This document shows positions 1-9,099 of a stretch of 25,325 nucleotides of DNA, piece after piece (the stretch's first letter is position 1; each line of letters starts with the position of its first letter). The stretch comes from a virus (taxonomy: Duplodnaviria > Caudoviricetes). The stretch is taken from positions 1-25,325 of the IMG/VR virus record IMGVR_UViG_3300032239_000357; one strand, 5' to 3'. The position numbers and the translations under genes are program-made. A model generated the notes under the pieces. It saw only the letters and a list, made by a program, of their open reading frames with translations. It made no database searches and was not told the DNA's origin.

Positions 1-1824
1 ATGGCCAATAGCTCGATCAATCTTACGAGTCTAGACTTTGATACTATCAAGTCAAATCTCAAGACATACTTAAAGTCGCAGTCAGTATTTAAGGACTTTG
101 ACTACGAGGGCTCTAACATGAACGTCCTTCTGGACGTCTTGTCGTATAACACGTACCTCAACTCGTTCTACCTCAACATGGTAGCCTCTGAGTCTTTTAT
201 GGATACAGCTCAGATTAGAGACTCTGTCGTCTCTCATGCTAAAGAGATCAACTACCTACCATACTCTTATCAATCAGCCAAGGCGACTGTTAATATAAGC
301 TTTGAGACTAGCGGTATAACTTCTGGTATATTCGAGATTCCAAAAGGTACTCAGTTCACCGGCACCAACGCCAACGGTACTTTTATATTTACAAACGATA
401 CAAATTTAACTGTTACTTCTGGAAACAGCACCTTTGCTTTTGCTAATGTAGACCTCTACGAGGGAACTTACATCAACGAGACATTCATCGTCGATACGTC
501 GATAGAGCTGCAGAAGTTCGTTCTGTCTAATCCGCTGATAGATACAAGAAGCCTTATAGTAACTGTATATGAAGACAACGGCGCTACTTCTTCTGACTTT
601 ATTAGGACTGACAGCTTATACGGCGTAGGTTCTACTTCTAACGTGTACTTTATCCAAGCTACACAGAACGACAAGTATGAACTCATATTCGGCGACGGCG
701 TCTTTGGTAGGTATCCAAAGAATGCATCTACTATATTAGCGACTTATAGAATCACTCAGGGCGCTTCCGGAAGCGGCGTAGGTACTCTGTCTCTCAATAA
801 AGATCTTGGGCCATACAACGGTGGCACTGCTATAGCTACTATTACTACTACAGAAGCATCGACGAACGGATCTGATCGTGAGTCTATGGAGTCTATTAGG
901 TTTAGAGCACCGAGAGCCTATCAGAGTCAAGGAAGAGCAGTCACTACGAGTGACTATAGAGACCTAATACTCAATAACTTTCCAGGTGTCAAGGACGTAA
1001 GTGTCTACGGCGGAGAAGATACAGTAGACGCCGTCGACTACGGTAAGGTCTACATAAGTCCTACTAGCTTTTCTGGCACATCAGTTACTGATCAGACAAA
1101 AGCTGGAATCTTAGACTATCTCTACAATAAGAAGATAATAAACATAAGAAACGAGATAGTAGATCCAGAGTACATCGACATTGAGACTACTATATCCGCA
1201 TCGGTAGACTTTGCTACTACTTCATTGAGTCCATCCGATATTACGAGGCTGATAAAGTCTTCTATATTAACCTATAACGATACGTACTTAAAAGTGTTTG
1301 ATGCTTCTTTTAGATACTCTAAGTTCTTAGCTGCTATCACTTCTTCTGACACCAGTATATACAGTGCCGAAGCGTCGCTTACAATGTATAAGCTTTTGGT
1401 ACCTGAGCTCAATCAATCTATTTCACTATCTACATACTTTAGAAACGCTATAGTACCCGGCACGGTATACAGCTCATATTTTGTATTGAGCGATGGATAT
1501 ACTTACCAGATAGTCGACTATAATCCAAATAATGATACTTTTAGTAGAACAGGATCATACACCGACTATACCGTAGTGAATGACAGTCCAGTACTCTATC
1601 TCAAGCTGATCAGCACAAACAATACTGAATCGTATACTAAGATAGGCACTATCGACTACGATACCGGTAAGATAAGTGTTAAAAATCTAGTAGTCACTAA
1701 TTTCTTGACTTCATCAGGAATCAAGATAAATGCTACACCGGTCGACATGGACATCTTTGGTAAGAGAAACAACATAGTTCAAATAGATACTGGCGCAATA
1801 AACATAAACATCGTTAAGATCTGA
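1..1824 (+). CDS. gp6: Baseplate wedge subunit, T4 gp6-like
   Basis: 607 aa. N-terminus LDFDTIKSNLKTYLKSQ..FKDFDYEGSNMNVLLDVLSYNTY..SFY.NM...ESF.DTAQ.RDSVVSHAK and later FGDGVFGR, ES.ESIRFRAPR.YQSQGRAVT..DY, GKVYIS are hallmark motifs of T4-like gp6/baseplate-J-like proteins. Stop TGA overlaps the next ATG (TGATG). Confidence 0.93.
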   Translation: MANSSINLTSLDFDTIKSNLKTYLKSQSVFKDFDYEGSNMNVLLDVLSYNTYLNSFYLNMVASESFMDTAQIRDSVVSHAKEINYLPYSYQSAKATVNISFETSGITSGIFEIPKGTQFTGTNANGTFIFTNDTNLTVTSGNSTFAFANVDLYEGTYINETFIVDTSIELQKFVLSNPLIDTRSLIVTVYEDNGATSSDFIRTDSLYGVGSTSNVYFIQATQNDKYELIFGDGVFGRYPKNASTILATYRITQGASGSGVGTLSLNKDLGPYNGGTAIATITTTEASTNGSDRESMESIRFRAPRAYQSQGRAVTTSDYRDLILNNFPGVKDVSVYGGEDTVDAVDYGKVYISPTSFSGTSVTDQTKAGILDYLYNKKIINIRNEIVDPEYIDIETTISASVDFATTSLSPSDITRLIKSSILTYNDTYLKVFDASFRYSKFLAAITSSDTSIYSAEASLTMYKLLVPELNQSISLSTYFRNAIVPGTVYSSYFVLSDGYTYQIVDYNPNNDTFSRTGSYTDYTVVNDSPVLYLKLISTNNTESYTKIGTIDYDTGKISVKNLVVTNFLTSSGIKINATPVDMDIFGKRNNIVQIDTGAININIVKI

Positions 1825-3959
1825 TGCAGATTCAAAAGTTTATATCACCACTTATATCTTCTCAGTTTCCAGCTTTTTATAAAGAGTATGGACCGAACTT
1901 CATCGCGTTTATAGAAGCATACTATGAGTGGATGGAACAGTCCGGTCAGAGTATTCTGGAAGCTAGAAACCTCATAGAGTACGGTGACATAGACGATACT
2001 ACAAATGCTTTTGTAAACTACTTCAAGAGCAAGTATATGAAGTCTATACCGTCTTCAATATCTGCAGATAAGAGACTTCTGACTAAGCACATCATAGACC
2101 TCTATAGGGCTAAGGGTACAGACCGCGGATACAAGCTGCTATTCAGACTCTTATTCGATGAAGACATCGACGTCTACAACCCTTCAGAACATATATTTAA
2201 GGCGTCCGATGCTACTTGGTACATACCAAAATATATCGAGGTGTCTTCAAATCCATATCTCTACAGACTTGTCGGAAAGAAGATAATCAGCAGCGGTGGA
2301 GCCTCTGCTATCGTCGATAGTTATTTTAGAAAGATAGTGAATGGTAAGACTGTTAATATATTGTATCTTTCAGGGATTCAGGGTATATTTCATTTCAATG
2401 AGCAGATATACTGTGAAGACTATCCAGAAATAACTTTCGACACCGCGCCTATAGTATTCGGTTCTCTTTCTACTGTCAGTATTACTAACGGCGGCGTAAA
2501 CTTCTCTGTCGGTGATAAGCTTTCTATTAATGGTACAGGCCTTGGAGGTCTAGCAAAGGTTTCTTCAGTCAAGACTGAAAACGGAAAGGTTACGTTTACA
2601 CTAATTGACGGTGGATATGGATTCTCCAGAGACGCTATAGTTACAGTAACAGGAGGTGGCGGAGCTGGAGCTACTTTCCAGATCGGTGACATCACAGACA
2701 GTATAATTCTAGCTCTTAATACCGATGGTATATCAGGAATGGTAAATGCTAACCTTGAGATCTATACTCAGGGTTTTGATTTATCTATCTCTGGAAATAC
2801 CGGTAATTTTACTAACGGCGAGAGAGTTACAGCTTCTGCTAACGTTATTCATATAGACGTGAATACTATTACTGGTCAGGTATTGACAGGTGAGAGTCTT
2901 TCTAATGCTAGTATTGGAGTATCAGGACTGACTGTCTATAAAGCAGACGGCAACATGCTCTATATTACAGGTACTGACTCAAATATAACAAACGCTAATC
3001 TAATTTCAAATATCATTCTATCAAGTAATACTACTGGCTCTGTCGTAAGTCTGAACTATAAATCATCTAAGTTAACAGTCAGCGGCAATGGACTAGTCAA
3101 CTCTGCAGCTAGCAACTCTACTCATCTATTCGTATATAACGGTACTACTAGCGCGGGTTACTATATACCCGGAATGACGATCACGGGCGTTACTTCTGCG
3201 CAGACGGCCGTTGTGAGCAATACTAAGAGACTTACAGACTGGGGCTATTTCGTAGCCGCTTCTGACATACAGAATCTAGATTCTCGCATGGGCGACGTCT
3301 TTAGGGTAATATACAAAGAAGTCGGTAGAATAACTTACTTGTCTAACATCAACCCAGGTATAGGTTACTCTACCGACCCGACGATCGAGATAGTTGAGCC
3401 GTACGTCCATGATCTAAGAATAAATGATGGATTCGGTGGATTCTGGGGCTACGACGCTTCTGTTACAGGTAAAGCCGGTACTGCTTCCGGTATCGTTACC
3501 GCTGTAGAGGTTACTGATTCTGGATTCGGATATGAGTACGACGAGCCGATAACTCTAAGTAAGCTAGAAAACAGCACTTCTGTCGTTTCTGGCGTAGCTA
3601 TAGTGAATGAGCACGGTGAAGGGTCTGGCCGCTGGGAAGACAATAAGAGCTTCCTCAGCGATGAGATGTACATTCAAGACAGTGACTTCTATCAGGCATT
3701 CTCTTACGAGATCAGGTCTACTAAGATGCTTGAGGCTTACGAGAAGATAGTAAAGACTCTAGTTCATCCTACTGGAACTAAGTTGTTCGGAAGATTTATA
3801 AATAGCAATGACATGACTGATGGCGGATCATCTATCTCTGATACTTCTCTGTTCCAGGGAAATGTAGTAGCAATTCCGGTAACAGCAGACATAACTACGG
3901 TACGAGCCAGCGAGCGCAGGACTAAAGCAAGCTCAAATTATACGGAGATCATAATATAA
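1824..3959 (+). CDS. Baseplate wedge protein, gp7-like (wedge initiator)
   Basis: 711 aa. N-terminal SQFPAFYKE..PNFIAFIEAYYEW, LYRAKGT.RGYKLLFRLLF and C-terminal IQDSDFYQAFSYEIRS...YEKIVKTLVHPTGTKLFG match the gp7-like wedge protein of T4-like marine/freshwater phages. Lies directly after gp6. Confidence 0.8.
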   Translation: MQIQKFISPLISSQFPAFYKEYGPNFIAFIEAYYEWMEQSGQSILEARNLIEYGDIDDTTNAFVNYFKSKYMKSIPSSISADKRLLTKHIIDLYRAKGTDRGYKLLFRLLFDEDIDVYNPSEHIFKASDATWYIPKYIEVSSNPYLYRLVGKKIISSGGASAIVDSYFRKIVNGKTVNILYLSGIQGIFHFNEQIYCEDYPEITFDTAPIVFGSLSTVSITNGGVNFSVGDKLSINGTGLGGLAKVSSVKTENGKVTFTLIDGGYGFSRDAIVTVTGGGGAGATFQIGDITDSIILALNTDGISGMVNANLEIYTQGFDLSISGNTGNFTNGERVTASANVIHIDVNTITGQVLTGESLSNASIGVSGLTVYKADGNMLYITGTDSNITNANLISNIILSSNTTGSVVSLNYKSSKLTVSGNGLVNSAASNSTHLFVYNGTTSAGYYIPGMTITGVTSAQTAVVSNTKRLTDWGYFVAASDIQNLDSRMGDVFRVIYKEVGRITYLSNINPGIGYSTDPTIEIVEPYVHDLRINDGFGGFWGYDASVTGKAGTASGIVTAVEVTDSGFGYEYDEPITLSKLENSTSVVSGVAIVNEHGEGSGRWEDNKSFLSDEMYIQDSDFYQAFSYEIRSTKMLEAYEKIVKTLVHPTGTKLFGRFINSNDMTDGGSSISDTSLFQGNVVAIPVTADITTVRASERRTKASSNYTEIII
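3797..3804 (+). promoter_or_regulatory. Possible T4-type late promoter (TATAAATA)
   Basis: Exact TATAAATA within the 3' end of the gp7-like gene, about 155 nt upstream of the ATG at 3960. Could be a chance match inside coding sequence. Confidence 0.4.
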
Positions 3960-5690
3960 ATGGCTAAGCAAGTTATTAATATAGGAGCAGCTCCGAATGA
4001 CGGTACCGGCGACTATATCAGAGATTCGTTCAATAAGGTCAATCAGAACTTCACTGATATCTATACGAACTTCGCGACTACGAACGGTGCGAACTTTACA
4101 GGCCTTCTCTATACAGATAACTCGATAGTAGCTACGGGTCACGGATGGTTTGGCACATCAAATGCATCTGCATACACTGTCGGGTCTAACGTAATCGCTA
4201 ACTCTTCAGGTGTATTTACTACAGGAACAGTCAATGCTGTCTCATACACAGTCGGATCTAACGTAGTCGCTAACTCTTCTGGTATTCATACTACTGGTAT
4301 AGTCAACGCAGCTACTATAGTGACTTCAGGTGCAGCTAGTTTGAGTGGACTCGTAGTAGACGGTCTTGCCAACGTGTCGGCAAACGCATCGGTGAACGGT
4401 ACTCTGTACATAGCAGGTAATACTACATACGTCACTAATACGATGATAGCATCTAAGACCCTGATGCTTAAACTGGCTAACGGCACTGCCAGCGCAGCAG
4501 CTGCTAACGGCGCGGGTATAGTAATAGGCGGCACTGCTAATCTAATATATAATTCTTCTAACAACGCGTGGCAGTCAAACGTCAATATAGTACCTTCAAC
4601 TAATAATTTCGGCCTCGGTAATCCTACTTCTCTCTGGAACGTATATTCAAATAATATCTTTGCAAACTCGCTGAGTACGCCAGTAGGTAGCAATCAAAAT
4701 CTATATGTTAACCCCGATGGTGTTGGCGCTCTCGTCGTCGCCCAGGGAACCGGTGTGAGCATTCTTTCTACGACGCAGGCGACTACTCCTACTTCCGGCG
4801 CGCTCGTAGTGAGCGGTGGAATCGGTGTAGCTAACAACGCATACTTTGGAAACAACGTATATGTTACCGGTACAGTAAATGCAGTATCTTATACTCTGGG
4901 TGGTGGAATATTCGTAGCCAATACTACTTCACTAAGAGCTCAGGGCGCCGTAATTAATTCTACTGGAGCGTACATATCTGGTCTGGTAAACGCTACATCA
5001 GTTAACTCTGCATCATATACCGTTGGTTCTTCTATAACAGTAAACTCAGCGGGTTTCTATACTACGGGGACTGTAAACTCTGCATCGTACACCGTTGGTT
5101 CTGCATTTGTAGCTAACGCATCAGGCATGTATACTACAGGTAAAGCTAACGCTGCATCTTTAACCGTTGGAAATACTACATTTACGGTAGATGCAAACTC
5201 TGCGGGTATTTTTGCAACCGGTACTATAAATGCTGCGTCTCATACTGTTGGCTCTACATTTGTCGCTAACAACACTGTACTAAAAGCCAACGGTGTATCG
5301 GTAAACTCTACCGGCATATATGGTGGTGGGTTAGTAAGTGCGGCCGGCCTGAACATCAGTAGCGTAGTTCTTGCAGACTTTACCGGATTACAAGTAAGTA
5401 CAAACACATTTAATCTTGGGACTGCAGGGTCCGTTGGTAACAGTACCTATAATCAAATGTATACTCGACTTCCAAACGGATTTAAGATGGCATCGGGACA
5501 ACTTTATGTTAACAGCAGCGGCAATACAATAACATTTACTTCACCGTTTTCTTCAATATTCTCAATGCAGGCAACTACTTCCAATACTGTTCAATACGCC
5601 GCTGTTACTGCGTTGTCTACTACATCAGCTACTATTAAGACTACTCAGTCTACTAACATAATAGTAAATTGGTTAGCAATTGGTACGTAA
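3960..5690 (+). CDS. Baseplate-attached fibre protein with T4 gp9/gp10-type N-terminal domain, 24-aa repeat shaft and gp53-like C-terminal tail-fibre tip domain
   Basis: 576 aa. MAKQVINIGAAPNDGTGDYIRDSFNKVNQNFTDIY is the gp9/gp10 N-terminal motif. The middle has repeats of ANSSG(V/I)(F/Y)TTGTVNA.SYTVGS. The C-terminal YTRLPNGFKMASG...ITFTSPFS...VNWLAIG resembles the common phage tail-fibre C-terminal (gp53-like) domain. Confidence 0.75.
   Translation: MAKQVINIGAAPNDGTGDYIRDSFNKVNQNFTDIYTNFATTNGANFTGLLYTDNSIVATGHGWFGTSNASAYTVGSNVIANSSGVFTTGTVNAVSYTVGSNVVANSSGIHTTGIVNAATIVTSGAASLSGLVVDGLANVSANASVNGTLYIAGNTTYVTNTMIASKTLMLKLANGTASAAAANGAGIVIGGTANLIYNSSNNAWQSNVNIVPSTNNFGLGNPTSLWNVYSNNIFANSLSTPVGSNQNLYVNPDGVGALVVAQGTGVSILSTTQATTPTSGALVVSGGIGVANNAYFGNNVYVTGTVNAVSYTLGGGIFVANTTSLRAQGAVINSTGAYISGLVNATSVNSASYTVGSSITVNSAGFYTTGTVNSASYTVGSAFVANASGMYTTGKANAASLTVGNTTFTVDANSAGIFATGTINAASHTVGSTFVANNTVLKANGVSVNSTGIYGGGLVSAAGLNISSVVLADFTGLQVSTNTFNLGTAGSVGNSTYNQMYTRLPNGFKMASGQLYVNSSGNTITFTSPFSSIFSMQATTSNTVQYAAVTALSTTSATIKTTQSTNIIVNWLAIGT
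4173..4312 (+). repeat. 72-nt (24-aa) tandem coding repeat, cluster 1
   Basis: tacactgtcgggtctaacgtaatcgctaactcttcaggt at 4173 versus tacacagtcggatctaacgtagtcgctaactcttctggt at 4245. Confidence 0.85.
5004..5280 (+). repeat. 72-nt (24-aa) tandem coding repeat, cluster 2
   Basis: aactctgcatcatataccgttggttct at 5004 versus aactctgcatcgtacaccgttggttct at 5076, followed by further degenerate copies (NAASLTVG, NAASHTVG). Confidence 0.85.
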
Positions 5691-5713
5691 TTATATTAAA
5701 AGTTGGAAAATAA

Positions 5714-8700
5714 ATGGCTGTACTAACTATTCATCACTTTACTAGCACTGTCGAGTCATTCATCAAGAATGTAGTAGATTCTCGTGAGTCTTACTATATG
5801 TTTGTTGGAAAGCCTGATCCATGGCTGGATGCAGACGGTAACGTCGATGATACAGCAGTCATTGCAGCTAACGGCTCGGTTTATCAGCACGAGTCTACTA
5901 TCTATCAAGACATGACTTTTGGAAAGCTTATAGGAAATACCAACGTCTCTTATCTGATACCGAGATATGATTGGACTAATAATACGGTGTTTGATGCATA
6001 TAGTCAGTTTGATGGAGACCTCTACAGCAAGAGATTCTATGTAGTCAACGATAAGTTTCAGGTATATAAGTGCATCGATAACAACAACGGCGCCAACTCT
6101 ACCGTAAAGCCTTCCCTTACTTCTGAGTCAGGAACGTTCTATACTTCTGACGGCTATACCTGGAAGTACATGTACACTATCCAGAGCAGCTCAAATACTA
6201 ACTTTACTTCTAACACCTTTATTCCAGTCACTATAAATGCCAACGTCGCGGCCAACGCTGTAAACGGTACCATCGACGTCGTAAGAGTAAACAACAGCGG
6301 AACCAACTATAGGACTTACTATAGCGGCTATATCGTAAACTCAGTCAACAACTATACCGTTACTGTAGATTCCGGCGCTTCTTCCTACAGCGGCTTCTAC
6401 GTCGACTCTTCGATGTATCTGAAGTCCGGCTTTGGATCTGGTCAGATAAGAAAGATCAAGCTCTACGACGGCCTTAATAAACTAGTTACTCTCTATGAGC
6501 CGTTCACTACCTATGGTATATTCAACGTAAAGAATGTTACAGGAAGTATAAGTGTAGGCAACATACTAACTCAGAACATCGATAGCATAAACACACTGTA
6601 TAAGCAAGGTATCTTCCAGGTAGGCGATGTCGTACGTCAGTCAGATACCGGCGCTAATGGAACTATTATAGCAGCTAACTCTACAATCTTAAGAGTTATT
6701 AGAGGCAGTGGAGCTACGACTTTTAATACCACATACCCAATAGTTAATATGAATAATAGCGGTACTCTTAAGTCCGGCAGCGTTACAGTCAAGCCGTTCA
6801 CACAGCTGACTATAACTTCAAACACCGGCGCTTTTACTGTCGGCGAGTGGATATATCAGAACAACGGCGCTGCAAATACGGCAAACGGTCTTATATTCAG
6901 CGCAAACTCCAGCACGATAATGGTTGGTCTTGTCTCTGGTTCGTTTGTTAATACATATCAAGTCAAGGGTAACACATCTACTTCAAACGCAGTAGTATCT
7001 ACAGTCGGTAGCAACAATACTGGTAATAGCTACATCTACTCCGTACCGGGTTCTGGTACTACCTTCACTACAGACTTCAACCTTACAAGTAACTACTATA
7101 TTAGGATAGGAAGTAATCCAAATACTGCCGTAGCGAGAATAACTTCTGTTAACAGCACGGTCATTGGCGTATCTCAGCCGTTCACTAGTACCTACGTAGC
7201 AAACGCTTACTACTCTATACCAGACGCTACAGTAGCCAGCGGTATAACACTCATTTCAGCTAACGGCGTAGTCACCAACACAAATCTTAACGGCATTAAA
7301 CTCTTATATTCAAACGCTGCTTCTCTAGCATATAAGTTTATAGTCGGTGAGAGAGTAGACCAAGTCAATTCTTCAGATGTATATCAGGGCGCTAACGCTA
7401 TCGTATCGTTCTCTAACTCTAGTACTCTTATTCTATCTGACGTAAACGGAACATTTACTGGTGGCGGGACACTCTATGTGAGGGGTGAGTCTTCTTTACA
7501 AAAAGCAAATATCGACACTATATCCAGCTACCCGACTATAACTGTAAGTTCTCCTATAGGTACTTTCTATGAGGGTCAGAACATAATAGCTAGAAGCGCT
7601 TCTACCTTTGCTAGCCTTGGAAGCGCGAACGTAGTATCTTTTTATACTATACCTAACCAGCTAACAGAGTACGTGATATCACCTACTGTAGTGATAGACG
7701 GCGACGGTGATTCTACAGCTAAAGCGTATTCAGTAGTCAATGCTACTCCGGGGTCGGGCAACTCTATATCTGACGTAATAGTTATCGATCCAGGCATCGG
7801 CTACTCAGAAGCTAATGTCTACATAGTAGCTAATACATCCTATGGTTCTAACTCAGTACTAGAGCCGGTTATATCTCCGGCGCTAGGACACGGATCAAAT
7901 ACAGTCGCAGAGCTTGGAGCTAGATATGCAGGAATATCCATATCTTTCGATGTAGGTGCTATTGAGACCTATAAGTTTCCTCTATATGGCAAGTATAGAA
8001 GGATAGGCATAATTAAGAACCCACTATACTCCGACGTTACAGTCAACATGGACTCTTTTAGCAGGGCTAAGCTCGTAGTATCAAATACGAGCGGTACTGG
8101 ATTTACTGTCGGTGAGTACGTATATCAACCAAACACCGGAGCTATCGGTCTTATATCTTATAAGTCTGCATATAACATCCAACTCAGTAACGTTACTGGT
8201 ACTTTCTCAGCTAATGGAAAATACGCTAACGGCTCTACTTCAAATGACTATATCGTCGGGCTATCTTCTAATACTACTTCTAATGTCAGTACGTCTAACG
8301 TCATATACTTTTCATTAGCATCTAACGTCGAAGTAGTCTCTGAATCTACAGGCGGAGCGCACGCAAGAATAGTCGCTATAAACAGTAATACCCAAATGGA
8401 CTTGACAAATGTAGACGGTTCTTTCCAAGCAAACGATACTGTCTATGACCCAGTCACAAATGCCTACGCTAACGTCACATCTATCTATACTTCCAACGGT
8501 ACGGTAGACGTATCTACCGTCTTTGGACAGAGGTTTAACCAGAGTCTCAGATTCCCGATGTCGTCGAATACAGCGGCCTTCACTCAGTTCGAGTACGTTA
8601 GACAGCTCAATTCAAACGCAATAGGCAGGGTCATCAGCAACGCTAACGAGTTTGACCTCACCATAACCGGCGCGAACGGATCATTTACTGCCGGAGACGT

Positions 8701-9085
8701 AATAACTAATCAGACTACTGCGGCAAAGGCTATACTATTAACGGCAAATAGTAGCTATCTTAGGGCTACTTCAGCGAACGGTTCTTTCGCGCCTGGCCAG
8801 GTGATTATAAATAATCTAAATGTCGGTGCTACTATTGGTAATTCATATCCGGTATTGGTACTAGATGACGTGGCAGGGACGGGAAATTTCCAGAGCGGAG
8901 CGACATCGGCAAACGTTGTAGGTCAAACCAGCGGTGCTATTGGAAGATTCACCCTTTTGGGACAAGTAATAGTATACCCAGATCTGGTAAGAAATTCCGG
9001 AACTGTCATGTACCTAGAAAACATCGAACCATTTACAATATCGAATACTTCAAAAGAAAACATTCGATTAGTAATTAAGTTTTAG
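5714..9085 (+). CDS. gp8: Baseplate wedge subunit, T4 gp8-like, expanded by inserted beta-rich repeat modules
   Basis: 1123 aa. N-terminal YYMFVGKPDPW, IPRYDWT, FYVVN...VYKCIDNN, DGYTWKYMYTI, then ISP..GHGSN.V.ELGA, YRRIGIIKNP and C-terminal SGTVMYLENIEP.....ENIRLVIKF are gp8 family motifs. Confidence 0.88.
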   Translation: MAVLTIHHFTSTVESFIKNVVDSRESYYMFVGKPDPWLDADGNVDDTAVIAANGSVYQHESTIYQDMTFGKLIGNTNVSYLIPRYDWTNNTVFDAYSQFDGDLYSKRFYVVNDKFQVYKCIDNNNGANSTVKPSLTSESGTFYTSDGYTWKYMYTIQSSSNTNFTSNTFIPVTINANVAANAVNGTIDVVRVNNSGTNYRTYYSGYIVNSVNNYTVTVDSGASSYSGFYVDSSMYLKSGFGSGQIRKIKLYDGLNKLVTLYEPFTTYGIFNVKNVTGSISVGNILTQNIDSINTLYKQGIFQVGDVVRQSDTGANGTIIAANSTILRVIRGSGATTFNTTYPIVNMNNSGTLKSGSVTVKPFTQLTITSNTGAFTVGEWIYQNNGAANTANGLIFSANSSTIMVGLVSGSFVNTYQVKGNTSTSNAVVSTVGSNNTGNSYIYSVPGSGTTFTTDFNLTSNYYIRIGSNPNTAVARITSVNSTVIGVSQPFTSTYVANAYYSIPDATVASGITLISANGVVTNTNLNGIKLLYSNAASLAYKFIVGERVDQVNSSDVYQGANAIVSFSNSSTLILSDVNGTFTGGGTLYVRGESSLQKANIDTISSYPTITVSSPIGTFYEGQNIIARSASTFASLGSANVVSFYTIPNQLTEYVISPTVVIDGDGDSTAKAYSVVNATPGSGNSISDVIVIDPGIGYSEANVYIVANTSYGSNSVLEPVISPALGHGSNTVAELGARYAGISISFDVGAIETYKFPLYGKYRRIGIIKNPLYSDVTVNMDSFSRAKLVVSNTSGTGFTVGEYVYQPNTGAIGLISYKSAYNIQLSNVTGTFSANGKYANGSTSNDYIVGLSSNTTSNVSTSNVIYFSLASNVEVVSESTGGAHARIVAINSNTQMDLTNVDGSFQANDTVYDPVTNAYANVTSIYTSNGTVDVSTVFGQRFNQSLRFPMSSNTAAFTQFEYVRQLNSNAIGRVISNANEFDLTITGANGSFTAGDVITNQTTAAKAILLTANSSYLRATSANGSFAPGQVIINNLNVGATIGNSYPVLVLDDVAGTGNFQSGATSANVVGQTSGAIGRFTLLGQVIVYPDLVRNSGTVMYLENIEPFTISNTSKENIRLVIKF
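8806..8813 (+). promoter_or_regulatory. Possible T4-type late promoter (TATAAATA)
   Basis: Exact TATAAATA within the 3' part of gp8, about 290 nt upstream of the ATG at 9100. Confidence 0.35.
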
Positions 9086-9099
9086 TATAGAGGAAAATA

